64,000 bases of DNA from Tubiluchus corallicola. Its lineage: Eukaryota; Animalia; Priapulida. Below the pieces are notes generated by a model. It worked only from the letters and a program-made list of their open reading frames with translations, was not told the origin of the DNA and did not search any database. A program made the translations under genes and the position numbers. Positions 1-17,028 of the stretch are shown here, in pieces (the stretch's first letter is position 1; each line of letters opens with the position of its first letter). The stretch covers positions 1 to 64,000 of the forward strand of contig JAQGDQ010000431.1 of assembly GCA_030141605.1 (NCBI GenBank). Direction: 5' to 3'.

Positions 1-918
1 TTAAAACGTAAGCTTTAAATGTTTATGCATATATATATATATATATATATATACAATATATGTATACAATAATTTAAATAAATTTTAGAGAGACAATCAA
101 AATACAGAATAAAATTGTCTATGATACAGTAAAATTTCATTTTAGTATCAAATTTATAAAAAAAAGAATTTAGCATTTTCTTTTTGTCACAAGCATTTTG
201 ACTTCAGATTGGCATTTTAACTATTTAATTTTATGTAAAAAGTTTGAATTTTGTAAAAATAGGCAGGCGAGCAAAACTTTTTCGCCTGAGTGCCCTGAAT
301 TCAATTAGTTTCGCATTTTCCACGCAAAGTAATACTGAATTGAGTTTAATTTGTAGCGATTTTCTAAACTAATGCACAATTACAAAAACTCCGCGTAAAA
401 CAACTGAAGTAACTAAACTAATGCGGCAGGCGGCTTTGCTTTAACCACATGTCACGTGACGGTTTATATACGACGCGTTGCTGTGGCACACTTAACCTCT
501 GACCTACAGCAACTGCGCGTGCGCACCACGAAAGTGCGAAAAGACATTCATTATATATTTTGTTTCTTGTTTTGCATCTATTTTTTGGCCCTGATAAATT
601 ATTATTATTATTATGAATTCTGCATCTACACCCCTTCATAATCTCTTATGAATTAAAATGGATCTTCCATTGAAGCCAAAATCGTCATTATTTCTGTCAG
701 TAACGATTTAGATGTTTACGCTTTGTGAAAGTGAACACAGTAACAGGAAAGTCGACTAAAATTTCTTCAACTAAATATATACCAAAACGGGTAAACATTT
801 TGAGAGATAAAAAACTTAATTGGGTGTTACAATCGTTAACCGTGAGCACATTGAACTTTCGGATGAGCGAATTCTTTTTATCAACACAACATGGCGGAAT
901 GAGGATAAATGCCAGTGG

Positions 919-1315
919 CAGGGGGCGTATCGACACTTCACGACTCCCTAGGCTTATAGGTCTGTCCCGCCCATCTCTATTGTGAATTTATGATTCGTTA
1001 TGACTGAACAGTTTAAAGAATTGCTTGTGATGTATTAGTACTGCTATTTCTTATATTTTCATTGTTAATTACGTGTATATGAGCAGTGCTTAACTGCTTA
1101 TATGCAAGCAGGCTGGGCAACTGCTTGTTGTGTGTAGTACCTTGCACTTGTTCGTTATATGGGAGTTATATACAACCAGTCTCAGTAACTGCATGTCGTG
1201 TGTTATACAATGCTTGTTTTACATGAATATGAGCGGGTACACATTTATGTGACGCCCCTCAAACTTTGGTGCCCTAGGTTATAGCCTAGTTACCCTATTG
1301 GCTAATACGCCCCTG
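919..1315. mobile_element. hAT-type MITE (family C); mirrored copy at ~5435-5830
   Basis: Ends CAGGGGGCGTAT...ATACGCCCCTG. 8-bp flanks GCCAGTGG/GCCAGTGC match at 7 of 8 positions (TSD). Homologous to 45987-46365. Confidence 0.85.
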
Positions 1316-1754
1316 GCCAGTGCAGAAAATGTTCAGTTTAGTGAATGAAAATACATTAAGGTAAAAAAAGAAGATTGTTGTAATACCTAAATGTTGTTGT
1401 GAGGACATTTCTATGGCTGTTTCTATGATCCGTTTAGAAAACAAGAATAAAGAGAAATGGGATAAAGCTAGCACATCCGTTTTGACGAACTCAAAAAATC
1501 TAACTGTAAACATGACGTAATGCAGAGCAGACATGCGCAGTGACTCCATGTTTTGTAAATAGATGGAGATTGAAGCAAACTCACGCGCTACGAGAATGTT
1601 TAAATTATTATTGACATTTTTATTTCGTTTCGCCATTTGTTTATTTTTCCGTCTGTTTCTCGTTCTATTTGTGTTCATATTTACTTTTAGTTTTAAACTA
1701 TTAGCTTTTCACTTCAAGTACGTGTATGTTTGTAAGCCAGTTTACTCTTCTTTA

Positions 1755-2452
<698 letters not shown>

Positions 2453-2454
2453 TT

Positions 2455-4998
<2,544 letters not shown>

Positions 4999-6691
4999 AG
5001 AAGAGTAAACTGGCTTACAAACATACACGTACTTGAAGTGAAAAGCTAATAGTTTAAAACTAAAAGTAAATATGAACACAAATAGAACGAGAAACAGACG
5101 GAAAAATAAACAAATGGCGAAACGAAATAAAAATGTCAATAATAATTTAAACATTCTCGTAGCGCGTGAGTTTGCTTCAATCTCCATCTATTTACAAAAC
5201 ATGGAGTCACTGCGCATGTCTGCTCTGCATTACGTCATGTTTACAGTTAGATTTTTTGAGTTCGTCAAAACGGATGTGCTAGCTTTATCCCATTTCTCTT
5301 TATTCTTGTTTTCTAAACGGATCATAGAAACAGCCATAGAAATGTCCTCACAACAACATTTAGGTATTACAACAATCTTCTTTTTTTACCTTAATGTATT
5401 TTCATTCACTAAACTGAACATTTTCTGCACTGGCCAGGGGCGTATTAGCCAATAGGGTAACTAGGCTATAACCTAGGGCACCAAAGTTTGAGGGGCGTCA
5501 CATAAATGTGTACCCGCTCATATTCATGTAAAACAAGCATTGTATAACATACCACAGGCAGTTACAGAGACCTGTTGCTATATAAGTACCACATAACGAA
5601 CAAGTACGAGGTACTACACAACAAGCAGTTGCCCAGCCTGCTTGCATATAAGCAGTTAAGCACTGCTCATATACACGTAATTAACAATGAAAATATAAGA
5701 AATAGCAGTACTAATACATCACAAGCAATTCTTTAAACTGTTCAGTCATAACGAATCATAAATTCACAATAGAGATGGGCGGGACAGACCTATAAGCCTA
5801 GGGAGTCGTGAAGTGTCGATACGCCCCCTGCCACTGGCATTTATCCTCATTCCGCCATGTTGTGTTGATAAAAAGAATTCGCTCATCCGAAAGTTCAATG
5901 TGCTCACGGTTAACGATTGTAACACCCAATTAAGTTTTTTATCTCTCAAAATGTTTACCCGTTTTGGTATATATTTAGTTGAAGAAATTTTAGTCGACTT
6001 TCCTGTTACTGTGTTCACTTTCACAAAGCGTAAACATCTAAATCGTTACTGACAGAAATAATGACGATTTTGGCTTCAATGGAAGATCCATTTTAATTCA
6101 TAAGAGATTATGAAGGGGTGTAGATGCAGAATTCATAATAATAATAATAATTTATCAGGGCCAAAAAATAGATGCAAAACAAGAAACAAAATATATAATG
6201 AATGTCTTTTCGCACTTTCGTGGTGCGCACGCGCAGTTGCTGTAGGTCAGAGGTTAAGTGTGCCACAGCAACGCGTCGTATATAAACCGTCACGTGACAT
6301 GTGGTTAAAGCAAAGCCGCCTGCCGCATTAGTTTAGTTACTTCAGTTGTTTTACGCGGAGTTTTTGTAATTGTGCATTAGTTTAGAAAATCGCTACAAAT
6401 TAAACTCAATTCAGTATTACTTTGCGTGGAAAATGCGAAACTAATTGAATTCAGGGCACTCAGGCGAAAAAGTTTTGCTCGCCTGCCTATTTTTACAAAA
6501 TTCAAACTTTTTACATAAAATTAAATAGTTAAAATGCCAATCTGAAGTCAAAATGCTTGTGACAAAAAGAAAATGCTAAATTCTTTTTTTTATAAATTTG
6601 ATACTAAAATGAAATTTTACTGTATCATAGACAATTTTATTCTGTATTTTGATTGTCTCTCTAAAATTTATTTAAATTATTGTATACATAT

Positions 6692-6722
<31 letters not shown>

Positions 6723-7301
6723 GCATAAACATTTAAAGCTTACGTTTTAAGATATCTATCATAGCTCCTTACAACACTGTATAATGTAATATAATTACAA
6801 GGGAACTACAATGTGTGGTTATTATAAAGTTGAATGTCTGTAGATATGTTACTTTACTAATATCGCATTAGCCTGTTTTACTAACATCTTTATCTTTGTA
6901 AACTGTATATTTTTATACGAAATAAACTCATAATAATAATAATAAGCATTGAATTAAATCGTTAAAATCAGATGATATATTTTCGAAGAGTAAAAATCAT
7001 CCATTCATCGTGATAAAATAAAACTGTTTTGGCACGGATTAGCTTTTATTGGATTGAGAAGTTAGTTATTAGAGGAAGCACAAATCAATTTTTGTGCATT
7101 CGTGTCGAGTTTATAAAAGTTCATCGCCTTGAATCATATTATCTAAGCCGCCCCTAATAGACCTAAAACAATTTCCATGTTTCGGAAAATTCGTTATTTT
7201 TCGTTATCCCTGTACATATCACACAATCAAATCATTGGCGGCTTAAGGCAAACGAAAAGGGAAACTTTCTTTGTTGCGTCGCCTACGCAAGGCGTGCAAT
7301 T

Positions 7302-7930
<629 letters not shown>

Positions 7931-8285
7931 AAGGTTTTTTGTCAAATAGATTGTACAGTAAATTGTAATATTTTACTTTCAGTTCAACATTCCATTTTCT
8001 GACAGTCAACTTCGTCATGTGACGTCACAGATGTTTATATTACATCCACCTGACTTACACCACTGCAAAAACTACAGCCTACAAATTTGTGTAAGTACGA
8101 AAATAATGTTGTTCGAATCGCATGGGTGACAATTTTATGCATGTGCCTGATGGTGTAACTTCTTTCTATAAGGTGGCTCACAACAACACACTTCGTACGC
8201 TTTTCAACTTTTTGGAAAGATGCAGTACAAATGAAAAATTTGACAGTTTTGATATTCCTAACTATGACTTCATTATCATCACTAT

Positions 8286-8596
8286 AATAAGCCTTTTCTC
8301 AGTTTCGTTGTGCGCACGCGCAGTTGCTGCAGGTCAAACGTTGAGTGTACCACAGCAACGCATCTTAACTACAACCGTCACATGACATGTGAGTAAAACA
8401 AAGCCGTCTGCCACATCAGTTCAGTAAACTTCACTAGTTTTACGTGGTTTTTACTTAATTATGCATTAGTCTGTGCGTAGAGTGACTTACTTGCAGGATC
8501 TTGCTTGGCAACAAGAAAAAATGAACTAGGTAAGGTTCTAGCTAGTTGTTAAAACTGTTACTATCACAACAGCAAGGGCTGCAAGGCGTTCTCAAG
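8286..8596 (+). mobile_element. MITE family A, partial
   Basis: Starts AATAAGCCTTTTCTCAGTTTCGTTGTGCGCACGCGCAG; homologous to 29435-29803. Further partial copies lie at ~370-545, ~6205-6380, 16091-16218 and 49813-49877. Confidence 0.85.
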
Positions 8597-9664
8597 CGCT
8601 ATTCTAACCAGCGTATTTTATTGAACATGTGGACTACTCCTTACATTTTTTCGATTCCTGGTATAAAACCTCGATTATGGCGACATCTATGATGGGTAGC
8701 CACTTGAAGCAGATATACTGATCGGTCTAGACTTGCTACCATTTCTTTTGAGGTATGACTCTCCGCAACTAGCTATCTCTAGCAGCCTTTGCCTGTGTTT
8801 GGATGGGTACTCGGTAGCTTTTTGCCTAATGTTAATGCTCAGCAGTCATTTTTAGTTCCAATGGCTAGAATCATGTGCTATCTTTCCACCAGTGTCCTCT
8901 CTGGTGGTATCTTGACACAGTTAGAGTCATTCCCGAGGAACCCTCAGATGATTTTCCACTAGATATCAAATATGTGGGTGGCAGGTATAATGTGAGATCA
9001 GTCACATTTTCTTGGTCCTTCGAACCGGATATATATATATTTTAAGTACAGTTGCTAGTGTAATTTTTATAATATTCCGTGTAACTTACCGTTTAAATTT
9101 TTTATAATGCTATGTATTTTTAAAACTACGGTTTATAAAAAAATTGCAGGGTTTATTTGATAGCCTTTTTATCATTAATGATAATTATTCATCATCATTA
9201 CAGCAGCACAGCAAACCTCTGACCGCATGAAAATTCATCCTGGATCTGCCATCCTGTAGCGGGAATTTTATTAGTTTTCCTGATTTGGAATTTGTTTCAA
9301 ATCATTCTGAAATGATTTTGCTGCGTAACCTTATAAAGGGGTCACCGTCGCCTACTTCGAATTCCAACATTTCGTGTTTATTCGCGACGCTCCATTTCCG
9401 AATATTAAATTTCCAGCTGATACGACGACTGAGCGCTGCTATTACTTAGAAAATTGAATCGAATAACCCAACGTTTTCTTGGGAAGGTAAAAAAACTTTC
9501 TTAGCAAAAGATAGATCACTCATGAACTGATATAAACGTGCTTGTCTGGCAATATTCGATTTACTGATGAAAACAATCTACAAAAGAAGCTTGTTTGGTT
9601 AGTAATTTTGCCGCATAAAGTCGCTGGGGAGAAAATAAGCAATTACGTCAGCTTTTGCCGCAAG

Positions 9665-11080
9665 TCCTGCTCAATCATCAGCATTTACTGTGCTGGATTC
9701 TTACAAAGACACTCCACAATCATCAGCATTTACTGTGCTGCATTATTGCAAAGACACTGCACAATGATCAGCATTTACTGTGCTGCATTCTTGTAACGAC
9801 ACTGCACAATCATCACCGTTTACTGTGCTGCATTCTTGTAATGACACTGCACAATTATCACCGTTTACTGTGCTGCTTTATTGTAATGACACTGCACAAT
9901 TATCAGCATTTACTGTGCTGCTTTATTGTAAAGACACTGCACAATCATCACCGTTTACTGTGCTGCATTCTTGTAATGACACTGCACAATTATCAGCATT
10001 TACTGTGCTGCTTTATTGTAAAGACACTGCACAATCATCAGGATTTGCTGTGCTGCATTCTTGTAAAGACACTGCACAATCATCAGCATTTACTGTGCTG
10101 CATTCTTGTAAAGACACTGTACAGTCATCAGCATTTATTGTGCTGCATTATTGTAGAGACACTGCGCAATCCTCAGCATTTATTGTGCTTCATTTCTGTA
10201 AGTCCCTGCACAATTATCAGGATTTACTGAGCTTCATTCCTGCAAGTACCTGCCCTAGATATCAGCATTTACGCGCTTCACTGCACAATCATCAGCATTT
10301 ACATATTTCACTGCGCATTCATCAGTATTTACTATTGTTCATTTATGCAAAGTTGCTGCACAATCATCAGCATTTGCGTACTTTATTCCCGCAAGCACCT
10401 GCACAATCACCAGTATTTACATGCTTCACTGCACAATCATCAGCACTTACTATTGTTCATTTCTGCAAAGTCGTGGCACATTCATCAGCATTTGCGTACT
10501 TCATTCCCGCAAGTTCCTGCACAATCATCAGCATTTACACACTTCACTAGGCAATCATCAGAATTTACTCTCTTCACTAAAAAATCATCAGCATTTACAC
10601 GCTTCACGGCACAATCATCAGCATTTGCGTTCTTCATTCTCGCAAGTCCCCGCGCAATCATCAGCATTTACACGCTTCACTGCACAATCATCAGCATTTA
10701 CTATTGTTCATTTCTGCAAAGTTACTACACAATCATCAGCATTTGCCTACTTCATTCCCGCAAGTCCCTGCACAATCATCAGCATTTACACACTTCACTA
10801 GGCAATCATCGGCATTTACATGCTTCACTGCGCTATCATCAGCATTTGTACACTTCACTGCACAATCATCAGCATTTACTAATGTTTATTTCAGCACCGT
10901 AGCGGCACAATCATCAGCATTCATTATTTTGTATAGATGTTGCACAATCAATTGAATTTAACGTACTTCATTCCTAAAAAAATTAATGCACAATCATCAG
11001 CATTTCTCTGTTTCATTTCTGTACAGTCGCTGCACAATTATTTGCATTTGTCAAGCTGCATTCCTGAATGGTCACTGCAT
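9665..11080. repeat. Minisatellite: 45-bp unit grading into mixed ~45/43/30-bp units
   Basis: Unit ACTGCACAATCATCAGCATTTACTGTGCTGCATTCTTGTAAAGAC up to ~10200. The shared core CTGCACAATCATCAGCATTT continues to ~11050. Confidence 0.95.
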
Positions 11081-11507
11081 AATCACCGATTCAGCTACTA
11101 AACAATCACATCACTGATTAACTTCGATGGTTGAGCACACAAAGTGACAGCACCGCTATTCCTCGCCGGTGTAAAGCAGGATCTACTCCTTTCAGTCCAC
11201 TCTACTGCATTGTCGATTAAATAATTTCATAAAAAACTATTTTCTAAAATGTATTTTTTCTCGAAAGGTGGCCAAGAAACACAAACAACCCGCTTCAGTG
11301 TGGATATGGGTAACTGTAAGCCACTGTAGGGTGAACAGAACGCCATTTGTGCGTATAAGGACGGAGCAAACCATCTCAGCGTGACAGGATAAACAAGGAT
11401 CTCCGTGTTGCTGTTAGTAGTCTAGCTGGGTGTAAGAAAGTTTTAAATTAGGGTACTGGTAGATCAGAACAGTTTCTGACATTCAATGGTCTATAGATTA
11501 TTTATAG

Positions 11508-12324
11508 AATAAGCCTTTCCACAGTTTCGTTGTGCGCACGCGCAGTTGCCGCAGATCAAACGGGAACTGTACCACAGCAACGCATCTTAACTACAACCGT
11601 CGCATTATACGTGGGTAAAGCAAAGCCGTTTGCCGCACCAGTTCATTAACGTTATTTTACGTGGATTTTATTTAATTATCATTAGTCTGTGCATAGAGTG
11701 ATTTACTAGCAGGATCTTGCTTAGGAACAAGAAAAAATGAACTAGGTAAGGTTCTAGCTAGCTGTTAAAACTGTTACTATTACAATAGCATGGGCTGTTA
11801 AGCACATACACGTTTCCCTACCTATTAAATGTGGTCTTGCCCTTTTAACTGTCATCAGTCATGTGACCAGGTAGTTGGCCAGGTAGACATTACCTGACAT
11901 GCAATTCAATTGATATGATGTGAATGTTGTTGTTGATTTCTTATTGTTTTTTCTTGCAAGTTATAAGTGCCAAAACTCAGGGAGACCACATGTAAGTGTC
12001 TAATTATGTTTATTGAACTACTTTATGCTATTAGAACAATTTAGCTGTCATTTTTTTGTACAATTATAGACGATAATCACGTTAGCTAATTTCGTAATGT
12101 ACCTTTATCAAACTTATCTTTTTCATTGAAAACTTATTGCTGTAATTTATTATTACAGATAAAACGACAATTGCTGCATGTTAAACATTTGATGTTCTGG
12201 AGTTTAAATGTAGTACATGGGCTGCGAGGCGTTGTCAAGTTTTCACAAATGCGTTGCCTGGTACACTTAACCTTTGACCTTTTCACGATCATTAACAATC
12301 GCTGAGACTGTGAAAAGGCTTATT
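11508..12324 (+). mobile_element. MITE family A, full length, split by a 418-bp insertion (11798-12215)
   Basis: Both TIRs are present (AATAAGCCTTTCCACAG / CTGTGAAAAGGCTTATT). CATGGGCTG is duplicated at 11789-11797 and 12216-12224. Confidence 0.88.
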
Positions 12325-12525
12325 GAATCATGTTGAATCGAATAATCCAATGTCTTTTGGGAAGGTTAGTCCACACACAAACTCCGGTTGAAATCATAAA
12401 AATTCAAACCAAATGCAAGCCGTTTAAGTAAACCGCTTCAGTAAAAACATCGTAACTTTTGGTATCTGCTTAACAATGTAAAGAAACAGCGAATAATCGT
12501 GATATCTTTGTGTAAGAAACGTCAA

Positions 12526-13206
12526 TTAAAGCACAAGAATACACTCTTCACCAATAAAGGTTAAAAGTTTGTCTTGAAAATTTGAGTCACTTTCATGCTG
12601 TCTTATTTTATACAGAGCTTGAGTTAGCAGTAACACTGTATAAAACTTGTAAATATAAAGTCCCGCGATGAAAGTTAGTCGCAGCCATTTTAATGGAAGG
12701 TCGTTTGAAACAAGTTTAGATAACATTGCGTGAAATTTGAAAAATAATCAGAGCATGCGTAGCACATATGTTACTAACTAAGCAAAAGCTTAAATTACTT
12801 TATATTGTCAGTAAGATTAAAAATACGTTTTTGGTTAGTGAGTGGTGCACCCTGGAATGTGAGCCAGCAACATTTTACCAATTGGCACGAACATATTAAA
12901 TTATTATTTCTAGTTACATAAGTCTTCCCAGCAGGTAAGCGGAATGCTAAGTAATATAGATTTGCACGGAAAGTTCTTTCAGACATAATTTAACATTGTC
13001 TTTTCTTCCCCTGATATACGTTGTGCGTATATGACGTCATGTAATGGTGACTTGAGAACAGTAATTCGGGAGATTTAAAATGAAAACAAACAAAAATTCC
13101 TTTTAACGCGAGTACGATATATGCATAAAATTGTTATAAAGTAGTATAATTTTTTAAGATGATTTTTCTGAAACCTACTTCAGATTCCCCTTTTCTTGTC
13201 CTTTAG
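12526..13206 (-). mobile_element. TTAA/Kolobok-type MITE family B4
   Basis: Ends TTAAAGCACAAGAA / TTCTTGTCCTTTAG. Homologous to 27934-28610(+), 39251-39896(-) and 51686-52235(+). Confidence 0.82.
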
Positions 13207-14164
13207 ATTTGGTCATCACGCGATCAAGTGACATTCCTAGCTAACTCATTATATGCGCAGGTCTATTAAGAACAATTTTATGGATTCATTAACGAGCTTC
13301 GTAAACTACCTAAATTATCTTCTGCTTGCAAATGATGTTTCATATTTCCCATTTGATTCTCTCGTGACTCAGAAATGGACACGAGTCTTTGAGAGGTTCT
13401 GCTGGCTGAACTCCTGCTCTAAGAAGAGTGAGTGGGTTTCTAAGAAACGAGAGATTCCCATAAACATTTTTGTGATGTTACAATAACGCTCGCTTCACTG
13501 AATTACTTGAATCAAAAATCTATAGACTGTAAAACATCAGACGGTTACAAAGTCAATGTGCGTTATCAAACATTTCCGTGCTATTAGCTTGAATTACTTG
13601 CAAACCATTGCGGATGGAAATATCTTGGTCACGTAATAAGCACTAACTGTGCCATTCAAAGTAAGACTAGTCTTATTTACATACGGCAGTGACTGACAGC
13701 TCGTAGCTAAAATTAGGTGGGGTGCTCCTTCAGAAAATTTTCAGTCATTGTTTTAATACTGTCTAAAAACAAACAAACACAATTATGTTATTTTAACGTT
13801 GCAATTCTAACGAAAAAATATTTTTTTGCTTACTAATAGGCTAAATTGTCGCAGTTCAAGCTAGATCCATACACGGTAAGCACGTGACAATTGACAACAA
13901 ACTGTGTGAACGACAGTACTTTCTCTACCTTGGCTCAGACATGTGCGCATGCCCGCATGCGCACAACAGCCAAACACCGCATTGCTGGAGCGCACTGTCT
14001 TGGGCTGTGAAGTAAACAGTACTACTCCACGTGCTCTGAACCGTACAAGTATAAAGAAAGAAGTAAAGAAAAGACTTATTATATTGAATATTATCGATAA
14101 ATAGTGATAAATAGACTACATGTTGCATGCAACAATGGTATCAGAAAACTGCTTCGCTTAAAGT

Positions 14165-15495
14165 GCAATTGCAGTGCTGCTGGCATGTGTGTAAACCTAT
14201 CTACGATTGCAGTGTTTCAGGCATGTGTGTAAACCTATCTATGATTGCAGTATTTCAGGCATGTGTGTAAACCTATCTACGATTGCAGTGTTTCAGACAT
14301 GTGTGTAAACCTGTCTGCGATTGCAGTGCTTCTGACATGTGTGTAAACCTATCTACGATTGCAGTATTTCAGGCATATGTGTAAACCTATCTACAATTGC
14401 AGTACTTCTGGCATGTGTGTAAACCTATCTACGATTGCAGTGTTTCAGACATGTGTGTAAACCTATCTACGATTGCAGTACTTCTGGCATGTGTGTAAAC
14501 CTATCTACGATTACAGTATTTCTGGCATGTGTGTAAACCTATCTACGATTGCAGTATTTCTGGCATGTGTGTAAACCTATCTACGATTGCAGTGTTTCAG
14601 GCATGTGTGTAAACCTATCTACGATTGCAGTGTTTCTGGCATGTGTGTAAACCTATCTACGATTGCAGTACTTCTGGCATGTGTGTAAGCCTATCTACGA
14701 TTACAGTGTTTCTGGCATGTGTGTAAACCTAGCTACGATTGAATATTTCTAGCATGTGTGTAAACCTATCTACGATTGCAGTGTTTCTGGCATGTGTGTA
14801 AACCTATCTACGATTGCAGTGTTTCTGGCATGTGTGTAAACCTATCTACGATTGCAGTGTTTCTGGCATGTGTGTAAGCCTATCTACGATTACAGTGTTT
14901 CTGGCATGTGTGTAAACCTAGCTACGATTGAATATTTCTAGCATGTGTGTAAACCTATCTACGATTGCGGTGTTTCTGGCATGTGTGTAAACCTATCTAC
15001 GATTGCGGTGCTTCTGGCATGTGTGTAAACCTATCTACGAATGCAGTGTTTCTGGCATGTGTGTAAACCTATCTACGATTGCAGTGTTTCTGGCATGTGT
15101 GTAAACCTAATCTACGATTGTAGTGTTTCTGGCATGTGTGTAAACCTATCTACGATTGCAGTGCTTCTGACATGTGTGTAAACCTATCTACGATTGCAGT
15201 GTTTCTGGCATGTGTGTAAACCTAGCTACGATTGAATATTTCTGGCATGTGTGTAAACCTATCTACGATTGTAGTGTTTCTGGCATGTGTGTAAACCTAA
15301 TCTACGATTGCAGTGTTTCTGGCATGTGTGTAAACCTAGCTACGATTGCAGTGTTTCTGGCATGTGTGTAAACCTAATCTACGATTGCAGTGTTTCTGGC
15401 ATGTGTGTAAACCTATCTACGATTGCAGTGCTTCTGACAGGTGTGTAAACCTATCTACGATTGCAGTGCTTCTGGCAGGTGTGTAAACCTATCTT
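14165..15495. repeat. 38-bp minisatellite, about 35 copies
   Basis: Unit TGCAGTGTTTCTGGCATGTGTGTAAACCTATCTACGAT; period 38 (14182 to 14220). Confidence 0.97.
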
Positions 15496-16219
15496 TACCA
15501 CATTTTAGTCATATTCGCAGAAGATCATGTTATAACGTTCGAAATAGGTTACTACTTACAATGGCAATAGTATTATAATTGCTATTATCAACTCACATAG
15601 ACTTGTCAAATCTTACTTTTTGTGAAATGAAACGAATTATTACATAATTAGTCTTTAAGATTTATTTAGCTTTTAATTTACTAACCCTGTGTGTGTATTT
15701 ACTCTTGTAATTTTTATTTCATTGTATTTTATTTCATTTTAATACCGTATCTGTATTTTATGCTCTTAGTTACCGAAATAAAAATTAGAATTGAATTGAA
15801 TTGCAGATACACTCACGAAGGTCTTGGTTGCCATTGCCATCATTTTAAAACAGTTTATCTTGTGATGAAATTGTACGAGTGTTACACCCATTTGGGAGAA
15901 AGCGGTTCTACTGCAAATAAAGTGGTTTGTTATTAAGTTGAGGACAGAGAATGCGCAGTGGAACTGGATCACCTATGAATTTTAAAAACGTAAACAGACC
16001 CACACCGGTAGAAAAACCTGTTAAAATTCAAAACGCGCGGTCCCTAAGGACGCTTGGTAATAGGTTTACTTGTCTATATGAACGCAGTGTAATAAGATTT
16101 TTCATAGCTCCAGCGATTGATGACGATTGTACCAGACAATGCATATGTGTACACTTGACAATGCCTCACAGCCCATGCTGTTGTAATAGCAACAGTTTTA
16201 ACAGCTAGCTAGAACCTTG

Positions 16220-16365
16220 TATACCTTCAGCACTATTTGTACCTTCACCACTATGTGTACCTTCACCACTATGTGTACCTTCAGCACTATGTGTACCTTT
16301 AGCACTATGTGTACCTTCAGCACTATGTGAACCTTTAGCACTATGTGTACCTTTAGCACTATGTA
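16220..16365. repeat. 18-bp minisatellite, about 8 copies, abutting a truncated family-A MITE
   Basis: Unit ACCTTCAGCACTATGTGT. Confidence 0.9.
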
Positions 16366-16544
16366 AATCTAAGCCGAGTAAACATCATGATATTGCGTCA
16401 TTCCGTAAGTTCTGGCATGAACGTGTAGTGGCCTAGAGAACCATGTTCGTCCATTGGTGCTTCAATTTGGAATTCATGTCTGTTGTAAGACATATAACAA
16501 CTACATTCGAGTAGTCTAAGCCCCTTTAAGGTAAAGTTCAGTAC

Positions 16545-16906
16545 AATGAGGCTTTTCACAGTTTCGTTGTGCAGTTGACGTTGGTCAAAGATTGTGTATC
16601 ACGGAAATGCGTCTCAACTACCACCGTCACGTCACATGTCTGCCGCATCAGTTCAGTAACTTCAGTTGTTTTACGTGGATTTTACTTAATTATGCATTAA
16701 TCTGTGCATAGAGTGATTTACTAGCAGGATCTTGCTTCGGAACAAAGAAAAATGAACTAGGTAAGGTTCTAGCTTTAAAAATGTCAGTATTACAATAGCA
16801 TAGGCTGGGAGGCTTTGTCAAGTGTATACAAATGCGTTGTCTGGTACACTTAACCTTTGACCTTTTCACGATCATCGTCAATTGCTGGAACTGTGAAAAA
16901 GCTATT
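16545..16906 (+). mobile_element. MITE family A, near full length
   Basis: Degenerate TIRs AATGAGGCTTTTCACAG / CTGTGAAAAAGCTATT; internal homology to 29435-29803. Confidence 0.85.
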
Positions 16907-17028
16907 GAATTGAAAAATAATGCAAAATATTTGTTTTCGAAATGTTTAACGTATGAAGTGGTCATAATCAGCGCACAGCTGAGCTTCGTTATTTTGGTAT
17001 GTTAGCCATTTGGTCCAAATGTCTCAAA

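Noticed and set aside
1-4. TTAA at both outer ends of the palindrome as a piggyBac/Kolobok TSD
   Set aside because: TTAA is self-complementary, so it is mirrored automatically. The left end coincides with the window edge, so the true boundary is unknown.
10320-10760. Minus-strand CTGATGA...TGCA-GAAA in satellite units as tandem hammerheads
   Set aside because: Stem II is offset by 3 nt, it lacks the G-C closing pair, and no stem I/III or cleavage triplet is evident.
9542-10955. Overlapping His/Cys-rich repetitive ORFs
   Set aside because: A 45-bp period keeps several frames open; there is no splice or homology support.
14165-15495. CRISPR-like 38-bp repeats
   Set aside because: Head-to-tail minisatellite without spacers.
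15500-15600. Minus-strand ERY codons as GPCR exon 2
   Set aside because: In-frame stops lie on both sides and there is no TM3 or CHP context.
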